In this document: positions 10,436 to 19,909 of the stretch, piece after piece
Numbering within the stretch: the stretch's first letter is position 1
Layout: every line of letters starts with the position of its first letter
Source: a virus
DNA length: 64,000 nt
Strand: one strand, 5' to 3'
Virus record (IMG/VR): IMGVR_UViG_3300030202_000274
Coordinates: 2,594-66,593 of that record
Notes under the pieces: model-generated
Databases searched by the model: none
The model's input: the letters and a program-made list of their open reading frames with translations, nothing else
Told to the model about the DNA's origin: nothing
Translations under genes and position numbers: made by a program

Positions 10436-12061
10436 TTATTCAACATCAGCGTTTGCTACAGCTTTAGCCTCTTCTGGTAATGCTTTTGCTAATGGTGCTA
10501 CTTTTCCCCCTGCTTCTGCTAGTTGTTGTACTTGTTGCATCTGTTGCATTTGTTCTTGTTGTTGTGCTGCTTGTTGTCTTTCAGCATTTAGTTCAGATTG
10601 TGGTTTTAATATTTTTTGTGGAACACCAACAATGTCTGCCAAGTGTCTAACGAGTTTATCCATATTGATATGATCAAATACTGGAGCAACATTTGATAAG
10701 CTACCTAAAATTTCTATTGCTCTCATAATAGAAGATAACTCTGTAGACTTTTGTGCTTTCGCTAATGGTGATACATATTCTATTTCTATATCTTGACCTG
10801 CTAAAAATTCTGGAGCTGGTCTAAATAAATTCTTTCTAAGTATTAATGCGAATGTTCTGTCGATCAATGGTTTTAATAATTCAGACTGAAGTCTACCCAA
10901 AACTGGACCAAGCAATCTCATCTTCTCTTCGTTCCTTTGAATAACTTCTGTTGCTGTCATTTGTGGACCACTCTGCATCATTAATTGATTTACATAAAAA
11001 GCATTTCTAATTGAGTTTCTTCTTTGCTCTTCCATGTTTAAACCTAATGGAGTGTTTGCTCCAATGTTTAATGGTTCAATTCTATCTCTAGTTCCTGCTC
11101 TGTAAAAATTTAAACCACCAGGTATAGTTCTTACTGGTAACATGAAGCCATCATCTGGAACTAACAATGGTGGATCAACTTGTTTTTGTGCAGACTTAAT
11201 TGTAGTCTTTGACATTTCATTTAGCATCTTAACATCTGGCAAAGCTGTCATTGCTGGAGATCTACCATAGATTTCGTGTGATGCTTTTAAGTATCTAGGT
11301 ACTACAAAAGGAAACTCTCTAAATCCAGATACAGATAATTCATCACCAGATTCTGCATCTAGGTATACAGATTCAAATGGCATATTTTGTTTATCTTGTT
11401 TCTTAGGATCAAAGTCTGATCTAGGATAAACTGCATGAAGTATTTCTACTTCTTCGTATGGATCTTTCTGTGCTTTAGTTGCGATGTTCATTGATACATC
11501 ACCAAACTTTTGCATTACTGCTCTTGCAGACAAACTAAACTTTCTAAATACTGTATCGATTCTTCCTTTATCATTTTCTGCAATAAAGATTTCGTTAATG
11601 TGTCTTGTAGAAAATTTTAAAATATCTTCATCATCTTCTTCGATAAACATTGCAGCAGTTCCAAATGTAATTAGATCATGATACAACTCAAATATTTCTT
11701 GTTGGAAGTTAGACTTGTTAAATGCAGAGTACATAACTTCTGTTGCATCTTCTAACCATTCCTTTGCTTCATCCTCATTCTCCATATCGTTTTGTTTGAA
11801 TCTTAAAGAGAACCAAGGAGTAGATGGGTTTGTCAACATACCATGTAGCGATGCTGCTAATAGTTCTACTGATTGTAATGGTGAACCATCAAAAATAAGT
11901 TCTGTTCTTTTGTCACCTTTAGATCTTGTCTTAGTAACATCTGCTTTTCTTGGTTGCATATAGTCTGCAACTTCTTGCCAATGACTTTCCCAGTTTTGTC
12001 TTTGTGCTTTTAAACGATCATATCGTTTTAATAAATTTTTTGCTTTATCTGTTTGTGCCAT
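10436..12061 (-). CDS. Portal / head-tail connector (phage A)
   Basis: YGRSPAM, MTATEV, GRLQSELL, IEYVSPLA motifs; 541 aa. Confidence 0.92.
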   Translation of the reverse strand: MAQTDKAKNLLKRYDRLKAQRQNWESHWQEVADYMQPRKADVTKTRSKGDKRTELIFDGSPLQSVELLAASLHGMLTNPSTPWFSLRFKQNDMENEDEAKEWLEDATEVMYSAFNKSNFQQEIFELYHDLITFGTAAMFIEEDDEDILKFSTRHINEIFIAENDKGRIDTVFRKFSLSARAVMQKFGDVSMNIATKAQKDPYEEVEILHAVYPRSDFDPKKQDKQNMPFESVYLDAESGDELSVSGFREFPFVVPRYLKASHEIYGRSPAMTALPDVKMLNEMSKTTIKSAQKQVDPPLLVPDDGFMLPVRTIPGGLNFYRAGTRDRIEPLNIGANTPLGLNMEEQRRNSIRNAFYVNQLMMQSGPQMTATEVIQRNEEKMRLLGPVLGRLQSELLKPLIDRTFALILRKNLFRPAPEFLAGQDIEIEYVSPLAKAQKSTELSSIMRAIEILGSLSNVAPVFDHINMDKLVRHLADIVGVPQKILKPQSELNAERQQAAQQQEQMQQMQQVQQLAEAGGKVAPLAKALPEEAKAVANADVE

Positions 12062-12483
12062 TATCTACCTAATAAACTTGGTTTACCTAAAGTCAAGCCA
12101 CCAGTTACTCCAGTAACTCCTGTTAGGATTGTTGGTGATCTTCCTCTAGCTTTTGCTTTTCTTTTTCTTATAGTAATATCATCTTCTTTTGGTGTATCTA
12201 TTTCTGGTGTAGTTACTTCTGTTTGTGTAACTTGTGAAACTTCTGATGCAGTTGGTGATTGAACAACTTGATTACCACCTCTGTTTTCTCTCATCATTCT
12301 TTCGTGTTCTGCTAAGTTTTGTTGATTTTTAGTTTTAGTTTTATTTTTTTTAATTGGGTTTAAATCTCCTTGATAATCTGTAGCATATCCAGATTCATTA
12401 GCTTTTCTTTTTTTTTCTTCTTCTGAAATAAAAAATCCTGCATCTGCTCCTGTGTTTCCATTCCTTGGTCCAGTAGCACTCAT
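12061..12483 (-). CDS. Pre-portal virion protein
   Basis: C-terminal RGRSPTILTG paralogous to 12661..12882. Confidence 0.55.
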   Translation of the reverse strand: MSATGPRNGNTGADAGFFISEEEKKRKANESGYATDYQGDLNPIKKNKTKTKNQQNLAEHERMMRENRGGNQVVQSPTASEVSQVTQTEVTTPEIDTPKEDDITIRKRKAKARGRSPTILTGVTGVTGGLTLGKPSLLGR

Positions 12484-12485
12484 AA

Positions 12486-12659
12486 TTATTTTCCGAATGT
12501 CAAAGATGATTTAGTTTCAGATTTAGTTTCAGATTTAACTTCTCTATTTACTGCTACACCATTTTGTAAATCATTCATGTTATTAAATTTAGGTTCTACT
12601 TTTTTCTTTTTAGTTGCAGGTTTCATTTTTTTAATTGCAGCTTTTACTTTATCCAACAT
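12486..12659 (-). CDS. Small basic hypothetical protein (57 aa, not in ORF track)
   Basis: MLDKVKAAIKKMKPATKKKK...TFGK fills the gap between neighbours exactly. Confidence 0.6.
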   Translation of the reverse strand: MLDKVKAAIKKMKPATKKKKVEPKFNNMNDLQNGVAVNREVKSETKSETKSSLTFGK

Positions 12660-12660
12660 A

Positions 12661-12882
12661 TTATTCTCCTAACAAAGTTTTAAGTTTATCTTCTTCAGTT
12701 TTTTGCAAACCAAGTGGTCCAGTAAGGATTGTAGACTTTCTACCTCTTCTTCTTCTCTCAATCGCATCTTGTTCTTTTTTAATTTTTTCTTTTTCTTCTG
12801 CTGATAGTTCTGCTTTGGGAGCTTCTGGCAAAGGTTGCACAGGTGGTAGTGGTGGTGTTTTTGGTTTGAATATTGATCCCAT
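12661..12882 (-). CDS. Small pre-portal virion protein (gp7.3-like)
   Basis: MGSIFKPKTPP...RRRGRKSTILTG; homologous to 48264..48461. Confidence 0.65.
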   Translation of the reverse strand: MGSIFKPKTPPLPPVQPLPEAPKAELSAEEKEKIKKEQDAIERRRRGRKSTILTGPLGLQKTEEDKLKTLLGE

Positions 12883-12884
12883 AA

Positions 12885-14156
12885 TTATATAATCCTGTAA
12901 TCATTATCTGCTACACTTTGTGGCGCAGTTTGTCTAGTATTAATTTCTTGAAGACCAACTGCAAGGTAGCGCATTGCATCACAAGCGTGTGAACTCCAAT
13001 CGTGTACAGGTTTCGATCTGAACATTCTATTTTTGTCGATGTACTTCCTATGGTAATGTCTTAACGCATCTATTAAGTTTTTGCAATGGTCTGTGTCTAT
13101 CCAACATCTAGGCAACAACATTGATACTGCGTGTATACCTTCTTCTACTGGTAGCTTCGGTACTACCTTAAACCTAACTCCTAACTGATATGCTATCTCT
13201 CTTCTGGTCTTTCCATTGCCAAACTCCTGCACATCAATATCGTGTGGAGCAAAGTGATCTTTGTAGATGTATGGTTTTTCTTCTAGCATCTGGATGTAGT
13301 GTGGTAATCCATGACCTCGTTCCTCATGGTAATCTATTATCTGTACTCCTGTTCCTTTCTGTTGAAAGAATATAATACTACTGTGGTCTGCGACACCGAG
13401 ATCCCATGCAGTCGAGACAGGCAAAGTGGGATCGTAGGGAACTCTAGCTATCTGGTTCTTATCTTCTATCTTGGCGATCTCTTCTCCGTATATAGCACCT
13501 TCTATGTTTGCTATCCAATCACACTCAAACTCTTGCATATACTTTTTCTCACCCATAACTTCTTTTGCTTTCTCTAATTCTTCTGGGTCTACAATCTTAG
13601 TATCACTTGCTTTAGCTTTGTAGTTAAACCAATCTTCTGCACCATTTGCGTGTTGGTATAGATCATAGAAGTTGTTGTTCATTCCAGCAGGTGTACCAAT
13701 AAATACACAATAACCTTTACGATCTGATAGAGCTGGTCTAATTATTTCTGCAAAAAGTTTACCATCAATATTAGCATATTCATCTATGACACATCCATCT
13801 AGGTATATACCTCTTAACCCATCTGAGTTTTCTGCTCCAAGTAATGTTATTCTTGAGCCATTAGGTAGATCAACTCTTAGTTCTGTTTCGTTAAACTTAG
13901 TGTTTGGTATTTTTGATGTAAACTGCTTCATGTAATCCCAGGCAATAGACTTTGCTTGTTTGAAGGTTGGTGCAATATATGCAAATCTAGGATTCTTCAA
14001 CTTGCTCATCAATGCTGATCTAATCAAATGATTGATCATACATACTGTTTTGCCAAACCTTCTGTGGCACACGAGAACACTCCATCTGTATCTATTGATC
14101 TGTTGATGTAAATAAGATTGATGTTTTCTCGGAGTATAAGGGATTTTGATATTCAT
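12885..14156 (-). CDS. terL: Terminase large subunit (phage A)
   Basis: HRRFGKT Walker A, VIDE Walker B, IGTP, WDLG nuclease, HDWSSHACDA. Confidence 0.93.
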   Translation of the reverse strand: MNIKIPYTPRKHQSYLHQQINRYRWSVLVCHRRFGKTVCMINHLIRSALMSKLKNPRFAYIAPTFKQAKSIAWDYMKQFTSKIPNTKFNETELRVDLPNGSRITLLGAENSDGLRGIYLDGCVIDEYANIDGKLFAEIIRPALSDRKGYCVFIGTPAGMNNNFYDLYQHANGAEDWFNYKAKASDTKIVDPEELEKAKEVMGEKKYMQEFECDWIANIEGAIYGEEIAKIEDKNQIARVPYDPTLPVSTAWDLGVADHSSIIFFQQKGTGVQIIDYHEERGHGLPHYIQMLEEKPYIYKDHFAPHDIDVQEFGNGKTRREIAYQLGVRFKVVPKLPVEEGIHAVSMLLPRCWIDTDHCKNLIDALRHYHRKYIDKNRMFRSKPVHDWSSHACDAMRYLAVGLQEINTRQTAPQSVADNDYRII

Positions 14157-14347
14157 TAGTGTATCATCTTAGATCTTTCAATACTACTTAATGGATTATA
14201 TTCTACACCTAGTGTCATCATAACATAATCTGTAAACAGCTCTGCTGCTATCGCATTAGGGAAACCAACAAATCTAATAATTACATTATTTGTTTTCTTA
14301 TCAATATAAGCAATACAATCTAAATCTTCGGTATTAAGATAATCCAT
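14156..14347 (-). CDS. Hypothetical protein
   Basis: Stop overlaps terL start. Confidence 0.55.
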   Translation of the reverse strand: MDYLNTEDLDCIAYIDKKTNNVIIRFVGFPNAIAAELFTDYVMMTLGVEYNPLSSIERSKMIH

Positions 14348-14581
14348 ATACTACATCTAGTGTATTTAAGTTTTGAAACAATAAAAAAAATAAAATTTGC
14401 AAAAGTGTTAATAAATGGGTGCAGGGTTGTTTGTGGGGGTGTCTGTGTATGGGTGTGGAAATGGATGTGTGTGGGTGTTGGAAAATCCCATGTATAATGA
14501 TATGTATATCGCACACGCAAATTTTGGGTGTACCCTACCTTTAAAAATCAAAAAATATATTTTCTGTCTGTTATTTAATAA

Positions 14582-14622
14582 ATTATTACTAGTGATAATT
14601 AAACGATAGCACTAGTAATAAT
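14582..14622. promoter_or_regulatory. 13-bp inverted repeat in the divergent late/early intergenic region
   Basis: ATTATTACTAGTG-N15-CACTAGTAATAAT. Confidence 0.5.
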
Positions 14623-14744
14623 AAAAAACCTTTAAATATTCTTATCCGATAGCCTTGATGTGAGAATAGAAACTGGCGCGTCAATATAAGAATAGCATTG
14701 TTTAAACCTTCTCTACTACTTCAACCTTCTCTAATCTCTAAACC

Positions 14745-14759
14745 TTAGAACTATTCTAA
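14745..14759. promoter_or_regulatory. Palindromic operator-like site
   Basis: TTAGAA-CTA-TTCTAA upstream of the first early gene. Confidence 0.4.
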
Positions 14760-14768
14760 TCTATAAAC

Positions 14769-14786
14769 TGCGTCAATATGTCAACT
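14769..14786 (+). promoter_or_regulatory. Repeated early promoter/operator box, copy 1
   Basis: TGCGTCAATATGTCAACT, 16/18 identical to 15193..15210. Confidence 0.55.
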
Positions 14787-14811
14787 TATATTAATCAACC
14801 AATATATTAAA

Positions 14812-15054
14812 TTGAACCAAACAAACAAAACAAAGGAAATAAAAATGAATATATTAAACTCAAAAAAAGTTACTTTTACTTTTGATATGGTAGAGGTTGA
14901 CTGGAATTTCAGCAACACTTTTAATTTATATTTTATTGATGAGATTGGTCAAAGAGATCATAGAGAAGCTGATTGTTTTAGTGCTATGAATATCAAAACA
15001 ATAGATGAAGCTGAAAAAATAGCAACTAATTTTGTTTTAGAAAATTACAATTAA
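14812..15054 (+). CDS. Early hypothetical protein (likely start MNILNS)
   Basis: AAGGA RBS before the internal ATG. Confidence 0.55.
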   Translation: MNQTNKTKEIKMNILNSKKVTFTFDMVEVDWNFSNTFNLYFIDEIGQRDHREADCFSAMNIKTIDEAEKIATNFVLENYN

Positions 15055-15192
15055 TAAAAAATTGGTTCAATTATGTTTAGTAAATTATTTAAAAAAATAG
15101 AGGGTTTAATGCAAAATTTAACGCTTATTACTATTTATTTAATTTTTGCTTATTTTATGGCTCAAGTATTAAGATATATTATATCTTTTTAA

Positions 15193-15210
15193 TGCGACAA
15201 TTTGTCAACT
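15193..15210 (+). promoter_or_regulatory. Repeated early promoter/operator box, copy 2
   Basis: TGCGACAATTTGTCAACT. Confidence 0.55.
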
Positions 15211-15263
15211 ATAAAAATAAATCAAGATTTAATAAAACAATAGAAAACAGAAGGGAATAAAAA

Positions 15264-15488
15264 ATGATTGATGACATAAAAATAAATTTAAAAGAATATA
15301 AAATGCTTTTAAATATTGTCAAAACTGTTGCTGATAATTGCAATTATTATTGGTCAAGTGAAGATGATATAGATCAAGATAAAAAAGAATATGATCTAAA
15401 TTACCATAAATTAATCAAAGATTTAAAACATAATATGGTTGATACAGATAATGAAGATTATATGAAATTTTTATATAAATTTAAATAA
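15264..15488 (+). CDS. Early hypothetical protein
   Basis: AGAAGGGA RBS. Confidence 0.6.
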   Translation: MIDDIKINLKEYKMLLNIVKTVADNCNYYWSSEDDIDQDKKEYDLNYHKLIKDLKHNMVDTDNEDYMKFLYKFK

Positions 15489-15506
15489 AACAGAAGGGAA
15501 TAAAAA

Positions 15507-16268
15507 ATGATAGCAAAAACAAAACCAACATACAAAGATTTGACAAAGTTAATGTTTACCAATGGTAACCCTAAAACAGATAAAAACTTAAAGATTGAGA
15601 GCCTTAAAAAATATTGGATCAAACGCCTTAATCTTGCACCTGCCTCAATATCTGGGTTTAATACTTGCGCAAGTGCTTCCGAAGGTTGCAAGAATGCTTG
15701 TTTACATGAAGCAGGAAACCCCGTTTTTATGCCACAAAAAACATTAGGCAGGGTCAATAGAACTTTACTATTGTTTAAAGATCAAGCAAAATTTAAATAC
15801 ATGGCAGCCAAAGAAATAAGAAATCATGAAATTAACTGTAATAAACATGGTTTAAAAGCAGTCATAAGATTAAATACAACTTCGGATATTATGTTTGAGA
15901 AGTCTAAATTTAATTTTATGCAAGACTTTCCGAATGTACAATTTTATGATTATACAAAACATTTTAACAGAATGATTAAATATTTACGGGGGGAATTACC
16001 TGCTAATTATCATTTAACATTTAGCAGGAACGAGGCTAACGACTTCCAAACAACTCAAGTTTTAAAAGCAGGTGGCAATGTTGCAGTAGTTTTTAGAGAT
16101 AAGCTGCCGAAAACTTACAAAGGTTTTAAAGTTATAGACGGGGATCTTCACGACTTACGTTTTTTAGATCAAAAAAATGTGGTTGTAGGTCTTAAAGAGA
16201 AATTAACTTTAAATAAACAAGGTAAACTAGACAGAGATCAATCTGGGTTTGTGGTTGATCTAAAATAA
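15507..16268 (+). CDS. GP88-family (radical-SAM-like) protein
   Basis: C-x6-C-x3-C, RLNTTSD, QFYDYTK, NYHLTFS, DGDLHDLRFLD motifs. Confidence 0.75.
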   Translation: MIAKTKPTYKDLTKLMFTNGNPKTDKNLKIESLKKYWIKRLNLAPASISGFNTCASASEGCKNACLHEAGNPVFMPQKTLGRVNRTLLLFKDQAKFKYMAAKEIRNHEINCNKHGLKAVIRLNTTSDIMFEKSKFNFMQDFPNVQFYDYTKHFNRMIKYLRGELPANYHLTFSRNEANDFQTTQVLKAGGNVAVVFRDKLPKTYKGFKVIDGDLHDLRFLDQKNVVVGLKEKLTLNKQGKLDRDQSGFVVDLK

Positions 16269-16288
16269 ACAATAACAAAAAGGGAAAT

Positions 16289-16480
16289 ATGACAGTACAA
16301 TTATATTATAAAACAAAAAAGGAACTTAAAAATAAGATAGGATCCGAGCTTGACTATTCGGAAACCAATATTTTTAAAAATGAGTACACTTCAAATGGTG
16401 TTGTAATTGGTTGCGATCCAGATCGTAAATGGTTCGCAAAAGTTACAATTAAAAACAACTTAATTCAGAGGGTTCAATAA
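16289..16480 (+). CDS. Early hypothetical protein
   Basis: RBS; RKWFAKV motif common in marine phage proteins. Confidence 0.6.
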   Translation: MTVQLYYKTKKELKNKIGSELDYSETNIFKNEYTSNGVVIGCDPDRKWFAKVTIKNNLIQRVQ

Positions 16481-16743
16481 TGACATTAAATGAAATAGTA
16501 AAAATACAAAGCGTAATTGATAACAGATCGATTGCTTCAGATACTTTAAAGAGTTTAAAAGAAATAAAGTATTATTCAGAAAGTAAAAACAAATTTCTGT
16601 CTATAGGAGATATGCATATTGATCACTATGTCAGATCAACAAATAAAAAATTAAATGAAATATCAAACATAAATATTGAATTAGCATTAGAACTAATTGA
16701 TTTAAGAAATAAAGTGAGGGGTTTAAATGAATTGGAAGGATAA
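16480..16743 (+). CDS. Early hypothetical protein
   Basis: Translationally coupled. Confidence 0.55.
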   Translation: MTLNEIVKIQSVIDNRSIASDTLKSLKEIKYYSESKNKFLSIGDMHIDHYVRSTNKKLNEISNINIELALELIDLRNKVRGLNELEG

Positions 16744-16841
16744 TTTTATTAAGTTTGTTAATAGATTAAGCAAAAAAAAGGGTTGGAAGTGTGACGATAT
16801 GAACCCTTATTTTTATCAAGTTAATTTGTTACATCTTAGCA

Positions 16842-17120
16842 ATGCGAAAACATTACGAGAATATAAACAACAACAAAAACAGAAAGCGAGTAAATAAAAT
16901 GACAAATAAAAACTTTGAATTAGCGTGTGAATTAGCTGATAATTTATACTTTAAATTTATAGACAATTTAAGTGATGATATAGCTAGTGAGTTTGTAATT
17001 GATGACAAAGAAAATATAGGTAGCACAAAGAACACCGAGAAAGGTAGCAATTTATATTGGGAACTAGAAAGCACAATTAAAAACGCATTAGATAAACAAA
17101 CAGAAAGTGAGACAAAATGA
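16842..17120 (+). CDS. Early hypothetical protein (likely start MTNKNF)
   Basis: GAAAGCGAG leader before the internal ATG. Confidence 0.5.
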   Translation: MRKHYENINNNKNRKRVNKMTNKNFELACELADNLYFKFIDNLSDDIASEFVIDDKENIGSTKNTEKGSNLYWELESTIKNALDKQTESETK

Positions 17121-17203
17121 CAGATGTTAATTTTTACTGCTGCGTTGTAGTTTTATTTTTAATTATAGTATCAATAATAACAATATAGAAAGCGAGGAAT
17201 AAC

Positions 17204-17443
17204 ATGGCTATAGATTTTGACGCATTAGATTTAATTAGAGGTAAGAACAAAGCTAAAAGACATGAAGCAATTAAGCAGCAACAAAGAGAACAAAAAGAAA
17301 AGGATATAAAATATTTCATGAACCAATTAAGTGAAATAAAAAGAGATCATGACTTGTGCAATGATCCAGCAGTTAAAAAATTACTGTTGGATAAGTGGCT
17401 CGGAGTGGTTAAGTTATGCGTAAAAAAAATAGAGGATAAATAA
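17204..17443 (+). CDS. Early hypothetical protein
   Basis: GAGGA RBS. Confidence 0.6.
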   Translation: MAIDFDALDLIRGKNKAKRHEAIKQQQREQKEKDIKYFMNQLSEIKRDHDLCNDPAVKKLLLDKWLGVVKLCVKKIEDK

Positions 17444-17573
17444 TTGTATCAAATAAACTTTAAAAAATTTTTTGATGATGATGATTTATTAACTGGTAAA
17501 ATTATGCAGTTAATAGAACTAACTCAAGAAAATATAAACAACAATAACAACAAACAAAAAGAGGTGAATAAAA

Positions 17574-17810
17574 ATGACACTAAGCAAATACGAAGCATGG
17601 GTACAAACGGCTAAGAGTGGGGAATCAATAACCTACTATGACAAAGGTTACCTAGCAAGACAGAGATTCTATGACAATAATCTAAGAGATATTGCTAACT
17701 TTTTTATGAGATTAGCAGAGAATAATGTTGTGGAATTATACCAAAAAAGATTGACGCATGGTAATGTTAATCATGATCCAGTCTTTCAATACATAGCAAG
17801 AAAAATATAA
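17574..17810 (+). CDS. Early hypothetical protein
   Basis: GAGGTG RBS; YY.GYLA.R...LYQKR...YIA.K pattern. Confidence 0.65.
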   Translation: MTLSKYEAWVQTAKSGESITYYDKGYLARQRFYDNNLRDIANFFMRLAENNVVELYQKRLTHGNVNHDPVFQYIARKI

Positions 17811-17894
17811 ATGTTATGGTTAATTCTAGGATATATAGTTTTATCTTGGATGTTTTTAGCACCATATTTTAATTAACAAACAGAAAGGAAAAAA

Positions 17895-18110
17895 ATGTAC
17901 ATAGATAAATACAAAGTAGAAATAAAAGGTAGCAAGTACCATGAAAAAACTGATAAGAGAATGAAAGATCAAGTGTTGGCTACTTATCAAAGCGATGAGG
18001 GTATGAATATTAAATCATTAAAAAATATTCTTGAGGAACTTGCAGATAGCCATAATGCACACCACGATATTACTTTTAATATTGTAATGAAACAATACGA
18101 CCACGATTAA
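17895..18110 (+). CDS. Early hypothetical protein
   Basis: AGAAAGGA RBS; abuts the convergent terS stop. Confidence 0.6.
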   Translation: MYIDKYKVEIKGSKYHEKTDKRMKDQVLATYQSDEGMNIKSLKNILEELADSHNAHHDITFNIVMKQYDHD

Positions 18111-18587
18111 TTACTCTTTATTATCAGAGGGTGTAATATCTGTTACATCCTCTGATACATCAATCAAATCATCTTGAGTATCTTCCCAACTAATAGTCAT
18201 TTTCTGGTCTATGTTTTGCTTAATAGGTTTGTTATCAGAATAAAGATCAGTTAATTTTCCTGCAACCCATTGAACAAACTTAGCCTTCTCTCTTATCCAT
18301 AATATCTCATTGGGAGATTCAACTTCTTGATAATTAAAAACTTGCAGCAATTTATCAATTAAAGTTTGAACACCTAGCTTTCTTGCTTCAACTATTTTAG
18401 TTTCTAACTGTGGATTTTTTTTTAAGTAATGATAAAACTTCATCAAGCTGAAAGGATACTGCTTGTCTTCTAGTATCTCTGTAAGGGTTAACCCTTTTAC
18501 CAATTTTTCTTCTATGGTAAATAGATCTTTCTCTGTTATCAATTCTTGGTTTGGTTTTGGTGTAATAGTATTCTTTGATTTGCTCAT
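18111..18587 (-). CDS. terS: Terminase small subunit, Sf6 gp1-like (phage A)
   Basis: GLTLTEIL HTH, EARKLG, QWVAGKL, C-terminal TISWED. Confidence 0.65.
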   Translation of the reverse strand: MSKSKNTITPKPNQELITEKDLFTIEEKLVKGLTLTEILEDKQYPFSLMKFYHYLKKNPQLETKIVEARKLGVQTLIDKLLQVFNYQEVESPNEILWIREKAKFVQWVAGKLTDLYSDNKPIKQNIDQKMTISWEDTQDDLIDVSEDVTDITPSDNKE

Positions 18588-18819
18588 CTGTATAGTTCCT
18601 AAATTGTATTAGTTTTGATAGTTGTTTTATTCTAGTTTCATCTGTGTAATTAGCTTTGTTAAACTTATTAAAGTTTTGATACCCATGATACTTACATTTA
18701 AAAGTTTTACCATCAGATAGTGGATAACCTTTCATTCTACAAGGTATTTTCTTACCCTCTCTTAACCCAGCACGAGTAAAGCCTTGACAGAATACCTTTC
18801 TCATTGGTCGACCTACCAT
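18397..18819 (-). CDS. HGGxSTG-like Cys/His (Zn-binding) protein
   Basis: CQGFTRAG...PCRM...CKYHG; overlaps terS by 191 nt. Confidence 0.55.
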   Translation of the reverse strand: MVGRPMRKVFCQGFTRAGLREGKKIPCRMKGYPLSDGKTFKCKYHGYQNFNKFNKANYTDETRIKQLSKLIQFRNYTDEQIKEYYYTKTKPRIDNRERSIYHRRKIGKRVNPYRDTRRQAVSFQLDEVLSLLKKKSTVRN

Positions 18820-19520
18820 TATTTTTTATTCTCCCATGGTTTTATTCCATTGCGTTTATTGTATTCAACTTTCTCTCTGTATCTTGGGTTAGCTTGTTTT
18901 TTTATCCTAGATAATGCAGTTAGAATTTTCTCACTATTAACATAGGTTGCTTTACTCTCTCTTTCATTATCTTCCTTTCTTTGAATAGCTAACTTACAGA
19001 GGTAGACATTAGTTTTATCTTCTTTTAATTCGTTGATAGGGAGTTTAGATAATTCATCTAATATCTTCTCCCTATCCCCTGCAAAACTCTTAACTATTTT
19101 ACCTATATTATTTTGTATATTGTCTTCTACTAATGTAGCTAATGTTTGGCTATCTGACGCTAAATGTTTAGCTATCTTAGGTTTTGAGATGGTCGTATTA
19201 TGGCTATCATAAGTGTTCTCAGCTTTTAAAAATGTATCATTAACAATATAAGTTTTACCAGATCTACCTCTAATATCTGATATGATATTTAATTTATTTA
19301 GTTTAGCTAACGCAGTTTTAACAGTAGCTCTACATAATCCTGTATCTTTAGCGATAGTTTCGTGTCTTAATCCTGCCTTATATCCATTCTTTTTCCAGGC
19401 ATATTTCATCACAGATAAGAAAACATTTAAGCAGGTAGATTTTTCTTCCCCATTTAAAATATCTAAGTGATGATAAAGTTTATAAGTTACATGAAGGAAA
19501 CCTCTGGTTGTTATGTTCAT
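18819..19520 (-). CDS. Winged-HTH replication initiator-like protein
   Basis: HETIAKDTGLCRATVKTALAKL...RGRSGKTY, followed by a low-complexity linker. Confidence 0.65.
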   Translation of the reverse strand: MNITTRGFLHVTYKLYHHLDILNGEEKSTCLNVFLSVMKYAWKKNGYKAGLRHETIAKDTGLCRATVKTALAKLNKLNIISDIRGRSGKTYIVNDTFLKAENTYDSHNTTISKPKIAKHLASDSQTLATLVEDNIQNNIGKIVKSFAGDREKILDELSKLPINELKEDKTNVYLCKLAIQRKEDNERESKATYVNSEKILTALSRIKKQANPRYREKVEYNKRNGIKPWENKK

Positions 19521-19909
19521 TATTTATCCTTTCTTTTGGTTGATTTACAATTTAATTTGTGGTGGTCGTGCAAGGATCTTAAAATATTAACCCATTGATC
19601 CTCATTCATTAGCTGAAACTCTGTCTTAGAGGCTCGTATACGCTTAATTCTAAAGGTTAGGCTAGTCTCGGTCAATTCCTTATAGAAAACTAAAAAACAA
19701 GGTATGTTTAGGCGTTCAGCGATGATTTTTGAGAGGGTTGTAGCCTTGTATTTTTGATTCTTGTCGTAGCAAGTCTCAATTATAGCTAAAGGTTCATAAC
19801 AATACTGACAACACTCAACAGAATCAACATCTATCATGGCAATGCCTTCATATTTTCTATGCCAATCATTATAGCTGCCATTACTGAATGCGTAGGTATA
19901 TCTAGCCAT
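19520..19909 (-). CDS. PD-(D/E)XK-like nuclease-fold protein
   Basis: MIDVDSVE-CxxC-PLAIIET...IAERLNIPCFLVFY. Confidence 0.5.
   Translation of the reverse strand: MARYTYAFSNGSYNDWHRKYEGIAMIDVDSVECCQYCYEPLAIIETCYDKNQKYKATTLSKIIAERLNIPCFLVFYKELTETSLTFRIKRIRASKTEFQLMNEDQWVNILRSLHDHHKLNCKSTKRKDK

Noticed and set aside
12508-12540. 12-bp tandem repeat GATTTAGTTTCA
   Set aside because: Encodes KSET repeats of a small protein; under three copies
14320-14609. ORFs across the G/T tract
   Set aside because: Low-complexity His/Thr/Pro or Gly/Val translations caused by base skew; no RBS
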